Assembly: GCA_028023455.1 (NCBI GenBank)
Contig: JAQFVV010000003.1
Coordinates: forward strand, 10,354,001 to 10,418,000
Direction of reading: 5' to 3'
DNA from: Epiperipatus broadwayi
Lineage: Eukaryota; Animalia; Onychophora
DNA length: 64,000 nt
In this document: piece by piece, positions 13,338 through 25,312 of the stretch
How the letters are laid out: every line of letters begins with the position of its first letter
How positions within the stretch are numbered: position 1 is the stretch's first letter
The notes under the pieces: model-generated
Told to the model about the DNA's origin: nothing
What the model saw: the letters and a program-made list of their open reading frames with translations, nothing else
Database searches by the model: none
Program-made: the position numbers and the translations under genes

Positions 13338-14443
13338 TTACAAGAGAAAAATCACTTTTGTTGGGCGTAAGGGGTATGATAATATACAAACAGGATCAAG
13401 ACAATAATTAGATTTCCTTAACCTATGAGATATGCAATTTCTACTAAAGATTTTATGAGAGTTTGTCCAAGGACACTGAAACACTAGTACAGTTACTTAG
13501 AAAAGAAAACAAATGTGAGTGGAATGAAAAGCACTGTATAATGCTTTTGTGAAAATTTAAGAAAATTTTATAAAAACAGCTATGTTAGCCTACCCAGATT
13601 TTAATAAACTCTTTATTCTGCAAACAGTTAGCAGTAAAGTTGAATTGGGAGTTGTTTTGTTTCTGAAGAACTCAAAAAGAAAACCACAAGTTCTATGTTT
13701 TTAAGTAGCATGTTGAATCAAGCAGAAAGAAACTACCCTACTACTGAAAGGGAAGTGTTAGCTATTGTATGGATGTTCAGTAAACTCAAAAAATTTATTA
13801 TTAGGGTCAGAGATTATAATAATTGTGGACCATAAGAGCTTAGAGTTTATAAACTAATGCTATTTAACTAATGATAGAATGATAAAATGGGTGATATACC
13901 CTACAGATGTTTTGCTACCATATAGTTTATTGCTCTGGGGAAAATTATATAATGCCAGATATATTGAGCACAAATCTGATCAGAACAAAAGACAAAACTT
14001 GACACTAGAGGGAGATCAATTGACTAATATAACAAGCACCCTAGGTACATTTGTAGACAGAGATGTGAAGAGACTGAAGATTCTGCAAGCTTTAGACTCC
14101 CCATACAATGATTTGATAAATTGGAGCAACTGTGCAACTGCCAGTCAGCTGGCAATTCCCTCTCAGTGGAAGAAAAAACTGCACCAGTACAAAATAATCA
14201 ATGGTTTGTTAACATATGAAATAAAAAAGAGAAAAAATTGCTAGAGGATTGCGAGCAGTTGATAAATTATGTGCACCATATGGGCATTATAGCTTGCATA
14301 TAAAATATTATAATGATTTTACTACTGGCTAAATATGTACCATTCTTTTATTACTAACTTGCAAGTTTTATCACGAATGCCACAAGAATAAATTAGAGAG
14401 CAAAAATTATGCTGGAGTTATGATACTTATAACACCCAAGAAC

Positions 14444-14948
14444 CACTAAACATCACATGATCACCATCTCATACTAGCACATAATTGTTGTAAACAAAGG
14501 CAAAACTCCATAATTGTTGTAAACAAAGGCAAAACTCTCTCCATACGGTAGTGCTACCCTGTGCTAACCAGAGTAATCAATAGATGCCAGAAGGCTTGTG
14601 CATAAAATCCCTATCTAGTGCTTACTCATCCAATATCCCCAGACTATATAAGCTATTGAGCTTAAATTGAAAATATTTTTGTGTTTTCATTTTCATTCTC
14701 ATAGTTTTGTAGTAAAGTAGAGTTAAAAGATGGCTGCTGGAGGGTTGCATTAGATCCTAAGATCTAGGTGCAGTGCTCTCAGATCCAAGGCTCTTCACTG
14801 ATGATGGCCACAAGCCAGAAACTAGTCTGGGGATATTGGATGAGTAGGCACTAGATAGGGATTTTATGAACAAGCCTTCTGGCATCTATTGATTACTCTG
14901 GTTAGCACAGGGTGGCACTACTGTATGGAGAGAGTTTTGCTTTTGTTT
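14444..14948 (+). mobile_element. 505-bp non-coding hammerhead-bearing retroelement (retrozyme/Penelope-derived SINE-like)
   Basis: Flanked by aacacccaagaac (14431-14443) and aatacccaagaac (14949-14961). Contains 127-bp inverted arms (14520-14646 and 14823-14949, 5 mismatches) and a hammerhead motif. It splits the Gypsy integrase at ITPKN/xYELLAI. Confidence 0.8.
14791..14833 (+). ncRNA. Minimal type I hammerhead ribozyme, intact core
   Basis: ctcttca-CTGATGA-TGGC cacaa GCCA-GAAA-CTAG-TC/tgggga. Core CUGAUGA, 4-bp stem II, GAAA, palindromic stem III (ACUAGU), GUC cleavage triplet after 14827, and a 6-bp stem I with two G-U pairs. Confidence 0.85.
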
Positions 14949-15725
14949 AATACCCAAGAACTCATACGAGTTACTGGCCATAGAGTTTTATGGTCCATAC
15001 CTTTGTTTGCTGATACAAATATTTATTGGTAACTTATAACATCCTTTTAAAACTGGTAAGCATATCCATTAAGAAAATCAGATGCAATAAGTTTCCATTG
15101 CTGTACTGAAGAGTAAGCAGTTTGTACAAGTAGAGAAAGTCGCAAGTGATTTTAAGGGAACATGGAATGCCCTTTATGTCTAAAGAATGAAGGGATTAGG
15201 TATATCAAGAAAATATCCATCATATTCTAACCTCCATCCATAATGAAGGAATAGGGGGCGATATTTCATTTTCACATAAAAAAAAAAAATCTTAAGCAGA
15301 GGTTTACTGTTTTACCCTAGCTAATGAAGATTATTAATTGTTCATATCATTAGGCTACACGTGTCACTTCAAAGCAATTACATAATGGCCAGGTAGAGCC
15401 CTTTCTGCTAAATACCATGTGCCAGTCTGTCATGATAGGGTCAATGTAGCAGAGGACAGGAGTTTGGTGAGAGAGTGATTAGAGAAAATTGCTGAACAGA
15501 GGAAAAAAAAAAGAGCGTACTTCCAGATGGCAGTCTTTGGGATAGGATCCTTGGTTTCTATAAAAACCCAGCCTGAGAGGAATCCAAATGCCTATTAGTA
15601 CAATTTTTTTTATTTGTTTTGAAGGACCATACCAGATTGTCCAAAAGTGTTCTTCTAATACTTTCATGGTATGAGGGGAAAATGAAAAGAAAGGTGCTTA
15701 TAATACTCAAAGTCTAAAATCATTC

Positions 15726-15918
15726 AAAGAAAAAGGTGGGAGATATGACACAGGATAGTTGCTATTTTTTTTGTTTCTCCGAAGAAAGGAGTATTGAGAT
15801 GGTATTTTCTGCCATCTCATGCCTAAATATATATATAATTTCATGGTTACTTTAGTAATTTCATTAGTTATAAATAAAATTTTATAAAATATATAAAACA
15901 ATTTGTATATTTAATCAG
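15726..15918 (+). mobile_element. Polypurine tract and start of the 3' LTR of Gypsy copy B
   Basis: aaagaaaaaggtgggaga (15726-15743) is followed by TG at 15746, just after the integrase relic. That this joins the 21628-23439 segment is inferred, because no intact LTR copy covers this part. Confidence 0.5.
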
Positions 15919-16019
15919 TAAATAATAATATAAAAACTCTGTCAGATAATGAAAATTATTCTACACGAATAAAGCGTGATAAACAGAGCACAAAAACATT
16001 AATTATAAACAACAATTAG

Positions 16020-16054
16020 CCAAGCACTTTCGGTACTGTATACCAGAATCATGG
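16020..16054 (-). ncRNA. Variant hammerhead-like motif in the PLE 3' pseudo-LTR
   Basis: Minus strand: cc ATGATTC T GGTA tacag TACC GAAA GTGC T T gg. Stem II and GAAA are intact; the core reads AUGAUUC instead of CUGAUGA. Confidence 0.5.
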
Positions 16055-16580
16055 TGACATACTGAAACTGAACGGTTAATTTTCCAGTGCATTCTCAGTG
16101 GAACACTAGTGTTATGCTGATTAATAATGTTTTTAGACTTCGCAATAAACCAAGCCTCTTTCAACTTCCTTTTCCGATCATTTGACTCATTGCACACAGT
16201 AGTAATATTTTGAGGATAAAACTCATGACCACAATTACTTTCATGATTTGCAAAAACAATTAACCTGCAAATCACTTTTAGATTTTTTGTACTTATAAAT
16301 ATGCTGTTGCAATCGCATTAAAACATTTGCCTTCATTTCCCCCAAATAAATAGCATTAGAATCTTTGTTTTGTTTTTTTTTTTGCAAGTAATGGAATAAA
16401 CCACTTCATACTTATTCATTTCTTCTACATTATCCTTTGAATTGTTTATTAATCTATTCAAACACAAAGGGGAATGCAATCCTACATTATAATCTTCACT
16501 GATAATATTTTTTAATTTCTTACTTATAAGTGGCACATAAGCTAAAGAAAACCACTTTTTGACCACTTTATTATTTATAT

Positions 16581-19270
16581 TGTAACAGTCAGAATCATCT
16601 ATCTCGCTAACACACTGCAGAATTCAAACCCCAGACACAAAACTGAACATTCTAGGAGGGGTTGCCTTCTAGATATACTAAGTGCGAATCTAAAGTCCAA
16701 ATTTCACAGCACCATCTACATGACAATGCATCTGATGCCACTACTAGTATGACCTTTGACCGGTGCCTGGTAGTCAGGAGAAACAAAAGACTCTATACTA
16801 AAAGAAGTTTGAGTGGTTAATTAACGTCTATGGATTTACAAAAGAAATGCAGAAAATATATATATAGACCAAGACAGTGATAGGAATCAAATAAAATAAG
16901 AGATCAAATTTAGTTTTAAATAATTTCACAAAATTTATTTATATAATATATATATATATAACGCCACTGTCTGCTTATATGAGACAGGGACGCGTATTAA
17001 ATAATTGTGGGCATTATATTTCAATAAATGACAAAAAGGTTTTAAAGCAAAGTGATATATTCTATTCCTTGGGTTAATAGCATTACGATAATGTGCTTGA
17101 CGAGATAGGAACATGTGCGAGGTGCTTTGAGTAATTATACAAGTTTAAGAAAATATTTGAAAATTAAGTGTTCTAAAATATTTATTGATTTCGAGAATAG
17201 CACAGACAAAAGCTTACTAAGCATCAAAGTGGGAATGTGATCAAAGCATTTATTTGAGAATAATAATAGAGTTCCATTGGGAGGTCAGTATTGCTGATAA
17301 TGAATTTATTAAAGTTGGAGGGTGTGACATGTTTAAGTCACGGATGCTTTGTAAAATAAATATCAAATAAAACAATATTGAAGATCCGGAATAATTATGG
17401 AGGGCATCTCGCCGCTAACTCGTAGGAAAGTATTTTGATGAACAGCCGAAACTTAGCGACTGGTTGACGATTGCATTTAATTCCCAGGTGTGTTATTTGT
17501 GAACACACTCTGCCTGGAAACTGCAATAGCAAAAAGTAGCGGTCTCAACAACCAATTCATTTACCAGCAATACGAGACTAGTGTATATAAAACATACTGA
17601 ATGTGTTTTACTTGGATTAAGAGAAATGCCCAATCTAATTCCCAGAAATTCATTTAAAAGGGTCCGCACATTCTCGACGTCAATGATGAACTTTGTAATT
17701 AAAGTATAACACGGTAATTAAAATAGGAAAATGCATGCTTGCGGGTTTGAAAAGTAAGTATAGATTTATATACGCAATCATGCATTAGGGGACACATTTA
17801 ATCATTGACCTCACACATACTCTCATATTAGATTAAAATCAATAACATGTAGATTTTAAACTATGTGATTATATTATATATTAAAGAAAAGAATCACCCT
17901 CGAATGAGTGATTTGCAAGATAATAAAATTGGAAAATTATAAATTTAAAATTTCAATAAAGGAATAGTTCACTCGGTCAAAGACGATTCTGACACATTAT
18001 CATAATAAAATAAAAGAAAGCTTTATAAATAGAAAATATTAACCCAAGGATAGAGCAAAACGGTTGATTATATTTGAACACTTTAAAGAAGTACATAATA
18101 AAGTTATGTGAAATTTCAGAAAACAATTTAGAATAGCTATAGCATGTTAGTTAGGAATCACAAGAGCTCTTGGGTTAATTTAGGTTACCTCTGGAGACGC
18201 ATTTGCAGGTAGATGTTCGGCAGGTTTTATAATTCTGCAGCAAAATCTGGAATGTTCATATTTTTGCAGCAGCAGCAGTTCCGGGGTTCCTTATGCGATA
18301 GCTTCCAACGGTCTGGAGCAGTGGCCGGCTATTCCGAGGGGACATAGCCATCTTAACACCTCTACTCTGTCATGTCAAGGTTAGCAAATTATTATAATAG
18401 AACTCAGAATGATTTCTCTTAGAAACATTAGAAAAACTGGAGAACAAAAGAAAACCCTTCTTTTATAGTAGACTTTAACAATAGAACTGCCCTGGAGCAT
18501 TACAAAAATATATCGGACTTATCAGCTGTAATTAAATCTATCCGATGTCTAAAGGAATTCAACATTAATTAATTTCTTTTGTTAATTTCCCTGTCGACAT
18601 TCGAATTACAAACTAGATTTAATTAAAATTACTTTTATTAATTAAAGAAAACCTTAAGTGGACATCTGCTGTTTTTAGATAAACTTATATAATATTAACT
18701 AATTAAACCATTGTCCCTCATTTATTTTAAAGAAATATTTGGAATGACTTTTATTAAATTAAACGAAAATTATTTTACTTTTAAATTGCAATATTTGAAT
18801 CTATTTACTAAACAAATATTTACTAAATGAGTTTTATTTTAAATCAAAATACATTATGACGGTAATGTATTTGTAAACAGATTCAAACAAAATAACTTTA
18901 ACAATTTATAATTTTGATATGTTTTAAAATGGATATCATAGTGTGTGCGCAATTACGACTTATATAACTTACTTTTTAATAAATCAAAATTATGTGAACA
19001 TATACATAATCTATAATCTTTTATTTATTTGGGAATGACTTATATATATATAATATGAGCATTGTACTCATGGTTTAAAATTAGGTGGGATTTTTGGTAT
19101 ATAAGCATATTGCAGACACCTACGATAGATTGGGGTTCAAACTAAGGTATGAGGGTAGGAAATAGGTGAGAAAAGGTGAAACAAGGTCTGCAAAGCAGAC
19201 CCTACTGTTTCAATATCCACTTTATGTATAAACTTTAAATTCTGATAAAACAAACACAATTGTCTGTGTA
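16581..19270 (+). mobile_element. Composite insertion in the PLE: TGTAACAGTC-family element plus a ~2.1-kb inner insert (16961-19040)
   Basis: Starts TGTAACAGTC (same start as 49965) with ATAT on both outer flanks. Removing it rejoins the PLE peptide GYKKLY/INNKVVKKWFSLAYVP. The inner block has (TA)n on both sides and retains more CpG. Confidence 0.6.
18390..18560 (+). pseudogene. Possible LINE APE-endonuclease relic
   Basis: Frameshifted 'NYYNRTQNDF' and 'FIVDFNNR' resemble the Y.PP and GDFN motifs. Weak. Confidence 0.2.
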
Positions 19271-21128
19271 ATATAGTTTTTTGTATCCCACCCCTATCAA
19301 ATCATCCATGTATTTATCAATATTATCTTTCCTATCTGCTTCAAATTTACAAAAATGCAAATTACGATATAAAAAACATTTAAATCCAGCCATTTTATAA
19401 TTCAAAGGAACATTTGATGTCGGATGTATAAAACCTCTTACATTCAATTGTTTAACATTTTATACTCAGCATTTATATATATTTACATCTAAATACTTTA
19501 AGATACCATCAGTTTCAAACTCAATAGTCCATGACAAACTGGAATTCTCATTTAATTCATTGAACATACTCACTATCACATCTTTTGAACCATACCCAAA
19601 AACATCATCCACATATCTTCTATATATTAAATCATAACTTCTTATAAATGGCTCCACAATATGTTTTTCCATTTCTGAAACATAAACTACACACAATACC
19701 ACTCACTGCCAACCTCATTGGCCAACCAGTTTTCATTTGATAATGATCCTTTCCATATCTTGCAGTAATATCCCCATTAATCCATTCCAACACTTCCAGA
19801 ATAAATCTGGCTTTACAAGAGTCTTCATTATAATCCACCAAAAGTTTATTAATTACACCTATCGATTTATTATGGTCCACTGATCCATATGACTCGCATA
19901 CATCCAATGAGGCCATATAACCATCATCAAGCACCTTGGCAGACTCCAAAATCTGAACAAATTCAAATGTAGAATTAATTGTATATTTGCCAAAACCCAC
20001 CAAATCTTGTAGCCATTTATTGTGATGCTTTTTGATAATAACAACCCCCAAAATACATCATCAATCTTAATGGAACATTCTCCTTATGAACTTTAACATT
20101 TGCAAACAAACATGGAACAATTGCAGCTGATGGATAAATCCTCAAATATTCATCTCTCCTAAATATTTTACCAATATACGGTCACAAAACATTGCAAACA
20201 ACCTTGTCCTTATACACTTTTAGCTTATAATTCTCAACTTTTTCAAAGTTCAACTTAACAATTTGCTGAGAAATTTTCTCTTTATATATATATGTCCATC
20301 CATCAACACAAATCTATTGCCTTTATCTTTTTTGCACAAATAATATTTTTATCTTTCAGCAACATTCTGAAATTATTAATCATTCTATATCACTTCTTAT
20401 CCTCTGCAAGATTATAATAATGATCTTTTAACAATGGAGCAACCTGCTTAATCACCATCTCCTTTTTCTCTGAAAATTCATACGCTATCTCAATATCTGC
20501 AATTATCTCCATATTCGGATCTCTCCAACCACCACCAACAAATCTAGGACCGCATTCCAACAAAGATTTAAATTCCATTGACAAATTTTTATTTGATAAA
20601 TTCACAAAATTATCTTGTACTTCATTATAAATTATTACATTTTGTTTCTTCACTAAAAAATTAAATTTATTCTCAAATTTACACTGTAAAAACATTTGCA
20701 AACCATCACACCTATCAATAATATCATCCAGTATTGAATAAAAATTTAAAATCCTCCACCTTCTTGCAACATTTAAATATAACTGTTTTTTACAATCTTT
20801 CACAATACACTTTAATAACATAATCCTCATTAAACCCATGGCTTCTCTCTTCCTGTAAATGGAAGGGTTAATAACAAAATTGCAACAGTTCGGAAAAACT
20901 TTAAATTTCATGCACTTCTTTAAGAACTTTACCCGTCCTCCAAGTTTAACAATTTCTTTACATAACTTCATGGCTTCTACATACTTCCAATCATATTGAT
21001 ATTGATACTTCATAATTATACTTAAATAATAAATAAATAATATAAAAACTCTGTCAGATAATGAAAATTATTCTACAAGAATAAAGCATAAACAGAGCAC
21101 AAAAACATTAATTATAAACAACAATTAG

Positions 21129-21163
21129 CCAAGCGCTTTCGGTACTGTATACCAGAATCATGG
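21129..21163 (-). ncRNA. Variant hammerhead-like motif in the PLE 5' pseudo-LTR
   Basis: Minus strand: cc ATGATTC T GGTA tacag TACC GAAA GCGC T T gg, with palindromic stem III AAGCGCUU. The predicted cut lies 117 nt upstream of the PLE ATG at 21013. Confidence 0.55.
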
Positions 21164-21627
21164 TGACATACTGGAACTGAACGGTTAATATTCCAGTGCA
21201 TGCTCAGTGGAATACTAGTGTTAAGCTGATTAATAGCGTTTTTAGACTTCGCAATAAACCAAGCCTCTTTCAACTTCCTTTTTCGATCATTTGTCTCATT
21301 GCACACAGTAATAATATTCTGAGGATAAAACTCATGACCACAATTACTTTCATGATTTGAAAAAAACGATTTAACCTGCAAATCACTTTTAGATTTTTTG
21401 TACTGATAAATATGCTGTTGCAATCGCATTAAAACATTCACCTTCATTTTCTCGAAATAAATAGCATTACAATCAATTTTTTTGCAAGTAATGGAATAAA
21501 CCACTTTATACTTATTCATTTCTTCTACATTAGCCTTTGAGTTGTTTATTAATCTATTCAAGCACAAAGGGGAACGGAATTCTACATTATAATCTTCACT
21601 GATAATATTTTTTAATGTCTTACTTAT

Positions 21628-23439
21628 AGGAAAGAAATCAGACTTTCAAGTTTGATTTCAGTTCAAGATAAAAAAGTTTTCTTGTACTATAAGTTGTTGT
21701 TTTTTTTTCCAAGCTTTTTTTTTTTGTTGTTGTTGTTGTTGAAATTCTTGGGAAAAGGTGAGTTGGGGGGAAATTAGAAAAATTACAATTGTACTCTATT
21801 GTTGAAAATAAATCTAATTACCAAGTTGAAATTAAAAGTATTGTAAGAATTTATCTTTCTATATTTCATTAATTAATTAAGAACTTTTAAAATTAAAAAT
21901 TCTGAAAGAAAAAAAAGAACAGATTTTTAAGTGACAAATTTTTTTAAAAAATAACCCAAAAGCTGAGGATCCTGTTTGTAAAATAAAATCAATTAAATTG
22001 CATTAGAGGTGGAGTTGAAAAATAGTATAAACTATGGAGTGTTCTTTTGTTTGGATTATTCAGAAAAATTATTAAAACTTTTGAATTAAAAGTCATTTTC
22101 TGCAAGTTGCTATGAAAATGTTCTTTGGATAGAGAGAATCAATGACTTTTCTCCCAGGGAAACCCTGTCTTTCTATCTGCACCTATGTATGCCAAGGAAT
22201 TTTTCAACTCCAGAAAAGTGGGAAGCCAGTCAGCTAGCCAAGGATGATTGAAGAAGAAAGGGGACTAAGGTGATTTGTGCAAGAAGCTACTAAAAATGCC
22301 AACTTATTAACTGTACTCTTCTAATTAAATTTTATGGACTTACAGCCACCCAGTACTTGGGAAATGGATGGCCAATGCCAATTTAATCCATTTTAACAGC
22401 AGATTAATGAATGGATAATTACAAACTGTTTATAAAGTGAACTTTACTATCTTAATATAGAGAAATACAATTATATACTCAATCAGTTATATTTTTGTGT
22501 ATAAGCTATTTTAGACTGTTTCAACAATAGAGCATGGGGTTACTTTGAATAATCTATGCAGTAAAATAGATCTTTAAAATAGAATGATTATTCATTAATT
22601 ATGATATAATTTTGTAGTAGGTTTTTGTATTTATTTCATTTTTTTATTTATATATATTTTTAACTTTGTTATATTTATGCATAAGTTTATTTTGGTTTCA
22701 CAAATGTGAAGTGGTTGATCATGGAGAGATAAAAAGTAAGTTAAAGTCAGTTTAAATTCGATGACACTTATGCTATAATTAGTATACATAAAAGCAAAAT
22801 AGAGATCGGAAGAGCGTCGTGCACTTAATTCCATTATTTAGTGGTTAAGATTAATTTTATTTATCAGTAATAATGAAGAGGTTTTGGGTTAAGCTAGATA
22901 TAGTTAATTCATTATTATGATATGCCTAGTCTTTCATTTCTATTTGGACACAAAGCCATCTAGAATGTTGAATCCTAGTCATGTCATAAGCCTGTGGAAG
23001 GCATATTTTTTGGGAAAGATAATTATAATGTTAGAATAAGGATATTGTTAACAATTGGTAAGCAATTGCACTAATTGGAAATTAATTTATCTTAAAATAA
23101 ATAGAGTCATTTCAGTTGGATATGATAGGGAAGAAAAATGGGAAAAGGTTTAATAAAGATAATTGTATATTTATACTTGCATGTCTCTATGGTTATTTTA
23201 GTATATAACTATAGTATTAAAACAATTGTGTCCTCTGGAAAAAGAGTTTACCTGAATTATTAGAGTCTGCAAAAAATAATGCTAGAAAAAGGTTATTTGG
23301 CCGTATTACATATATAAATAAACATTATGAATGTTGATAATATTCTCAGTCTAGTACTAGGCTATCTGCCTAGTGGCCCTTGAACCAGCTACTATAATCT
23401 TAGTAATTTGGTGGCTCTAAAGCATTTTGTATCACCACA
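21628..23439 (+). mobile_element. Remainder of the Gypsy 3' LTR (or a related solo LTR)
   Basis: 21808-23439 aligns to 5477-7036. It ends in accaca and is followed by non-internal sequence. Confidence 0.7.
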
Positions 23440-24919
23440 AAGTATTGGTATAATTTTAACTACTATACAAAACAGCACTATGATTTTGGCATCGATCTAC
23501 CAAATGCATGCTTAGTGCAATATAAAAGTTTTGAATATTAACTATTACTTTTTCTTAGTATTCAATTATACCAAGTTTGTAATAATTTCTTCTGGTTGTA
23601 AGTTGCATAAAAATGCTTAAAATGTGATGACTACCTGGTGTTCATGCTGTATTGTATACTTGTGACTTGTGATTGAATATTTTATATATCATATAGATGG
23701 AGTTGGTATTCATATTTTTATTTGCTGAAGATCATTCCAATCTCAAAGCATAAGTTAATCATAACTAGAGACTTACTACTAATAATTTCAAGATAGCCCA
23801 AAGTGGTATTGTAATACCAGTTCATTAGTCTATAATAATCATACAAACATGTGAGCATTAAAAAATTAATCATTTAAGAATGTGAAATAAAATTGGTCTA
23901 AGCCCCCCCCCAAACAAATGTGTTTGATCCAATTAAATGCAATTTCATTCCCAATATGGTGTAAGATAACTATGTGTAACTACATCATGCATTAAATGTA
24001 GATTTAATTTTAATTACTGTCTGAACCTTTCATATTTTTTATTCTAGTAAAAGAATTTGTTTAACCTTCTTAATTGTTTCTAGAATTTTTGTGATACTAC
24101 TATTATTCCTGAACCATTACCCAGTTCTAATTTCAAAAGACTTATTATATATATATCATAGCTTTTCTTTTTGTTACATTATTGTATGAATGTTGTTAAA
24201 GGTCATTTTTCAATAAAAAATTTATAATTTTATGTAATGTTTAATAATAATAAAAAACCCTATTATTTAATTTATAGAAGAGTTAAATTAATTGTTTCAT
24301 AAGTGTTAAATTTGAGTTAACTTTTTTTAGATAGTTATAATCTATATAAGTTATCATTTCGAGTTATAACTTGTATTTATCTTTAAAATAAAAAAAGTAA
24401 AATGATAGTTACAATAATGTAAAGTATCTTTAATCAGTAATTATGATGATTAAAATTAATATTTCTTATAGTTATCAATAATAAATTTAAAAATTATTAG
24501 TTATTTGTTATTTTAAACTTATTTAATTAATGATAAAATAAATGGGAATGAGATGTATGTTAATAGATGTGTTCACACATTGATTTAATAATAAAGAAAT
24601 TTACTTCCCTTGTAAAATAGTCAATTTGTTAATTATATAAATAATAAATGTTACTTTTAATAATATAAATGTCACAAAAGTTCATAAAATCAATAATAAA
24701 AATAATAATGTAAATTATAAAACTTAGGTGTTAAAATTTCATTTAGATAAAAAGTATTTTCTTACTAAAATTTAAGTTAAATTTCGCATTATTAAAATTG
24801 ATAAATATTGATTTAATAATGTTCATTTTAATTCATTTTAAAATTGTAGACAGTAATTAATATTCATTTTAACTAGACATCTGAAGGTAATTAACCAATT
24901 AGATGTTGTAAAATTTTAC

Positions 24920-24991
24920 CTAGAAGTAGGGATAAGCAGGTGATAAAAAAAATCAAAAGATCATTGGCAGAGGAAGCTGACTTTTCTTTTC
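24920..24991 (-). CDS. Candidate 72-bp symmetric host exon
   Basis: ttttag|GA AAA GAA...CTT CTA G|gtaaaa. Open frame KEKSASSANDLLIFFITCLSLLL, phase 1 to phase 1. Could be chance. Confidence 0.2.
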
Positions 24992-25312
24992 CTAAAATTT
25001 AAGAGTAAATTTATTAAAATTTTATTATTTTTTTTAGTAGTAAAAGTTAAATAATAATTCTAAATATATGGGAATTAATTTTAAGAAGTTTGATAATAAA
25101 TTTCATCAGGGAGTGAAAAGTAAACTATCCTTGTTGGTGCTTTACATATGTTGACTATAAACTTATGATAATGATTGAAATAGAACTTCATTCACTTGGA
25201 TAAAATATACTTCAACAAAAGAAACTGCATACTACTTAAACAATTTTGCTGCTTAAAATGAATGGAATATGTAAGAAAATTATTTCTTAATAATTTTTAT
25301 AAGCTATGTGAT

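Larger units (their letters stand above)
11070..15720 (+). pseudogene. Degenerate Ty3/Gypsy gag-pol (copy B): gag, protease, RT, RNase H, integrase
   Basis: Gag fragment 11070-11306; RT 'VYYLDDVVIAS' in ORF 12550-12759; RNase H-type 'YPDFNKLFILQT' and 'TEREVLAIVW' at ~13590-13780; integrase-like 'ELLAIEFYGP' at ~14967-14996 and 'FEGPYQIV' at ~15618-15640. Interrupted by 12757-13337 and 14444-14948. Confidence 0.85.
15919..21627 (-). mobile_element. Penelope-like element (PLE) with pseudo-LTRs, degenerate and interrupted by 16581-19270
   Basis: Minus strand: N-terminal ORF 21013-20390 (NLSNKNLS..LLECGPRF); ADKG-like and RT motifs (SLDV, YRRYVDDVF, IEFETDGILKYLDV, HPTSNVP) at 20380-19235; GIY-YIG-type C-terminus (VVYSITCK..C..IY, RLQQH, RKLKEAWFI) at 16566-16003 and repeated at 21567-21112. 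Direct repeats span 15919-16528 and 21031-21627. Confidence 0.9.

Noticed and set aside
25085-25115. CTGATGA on the minus strand (also 29531, 38577, 39930, 45310) and CTGAAGA at 44465, 45595
   Set aside because: No convincing stem II followed by GAAA; expected by chance.
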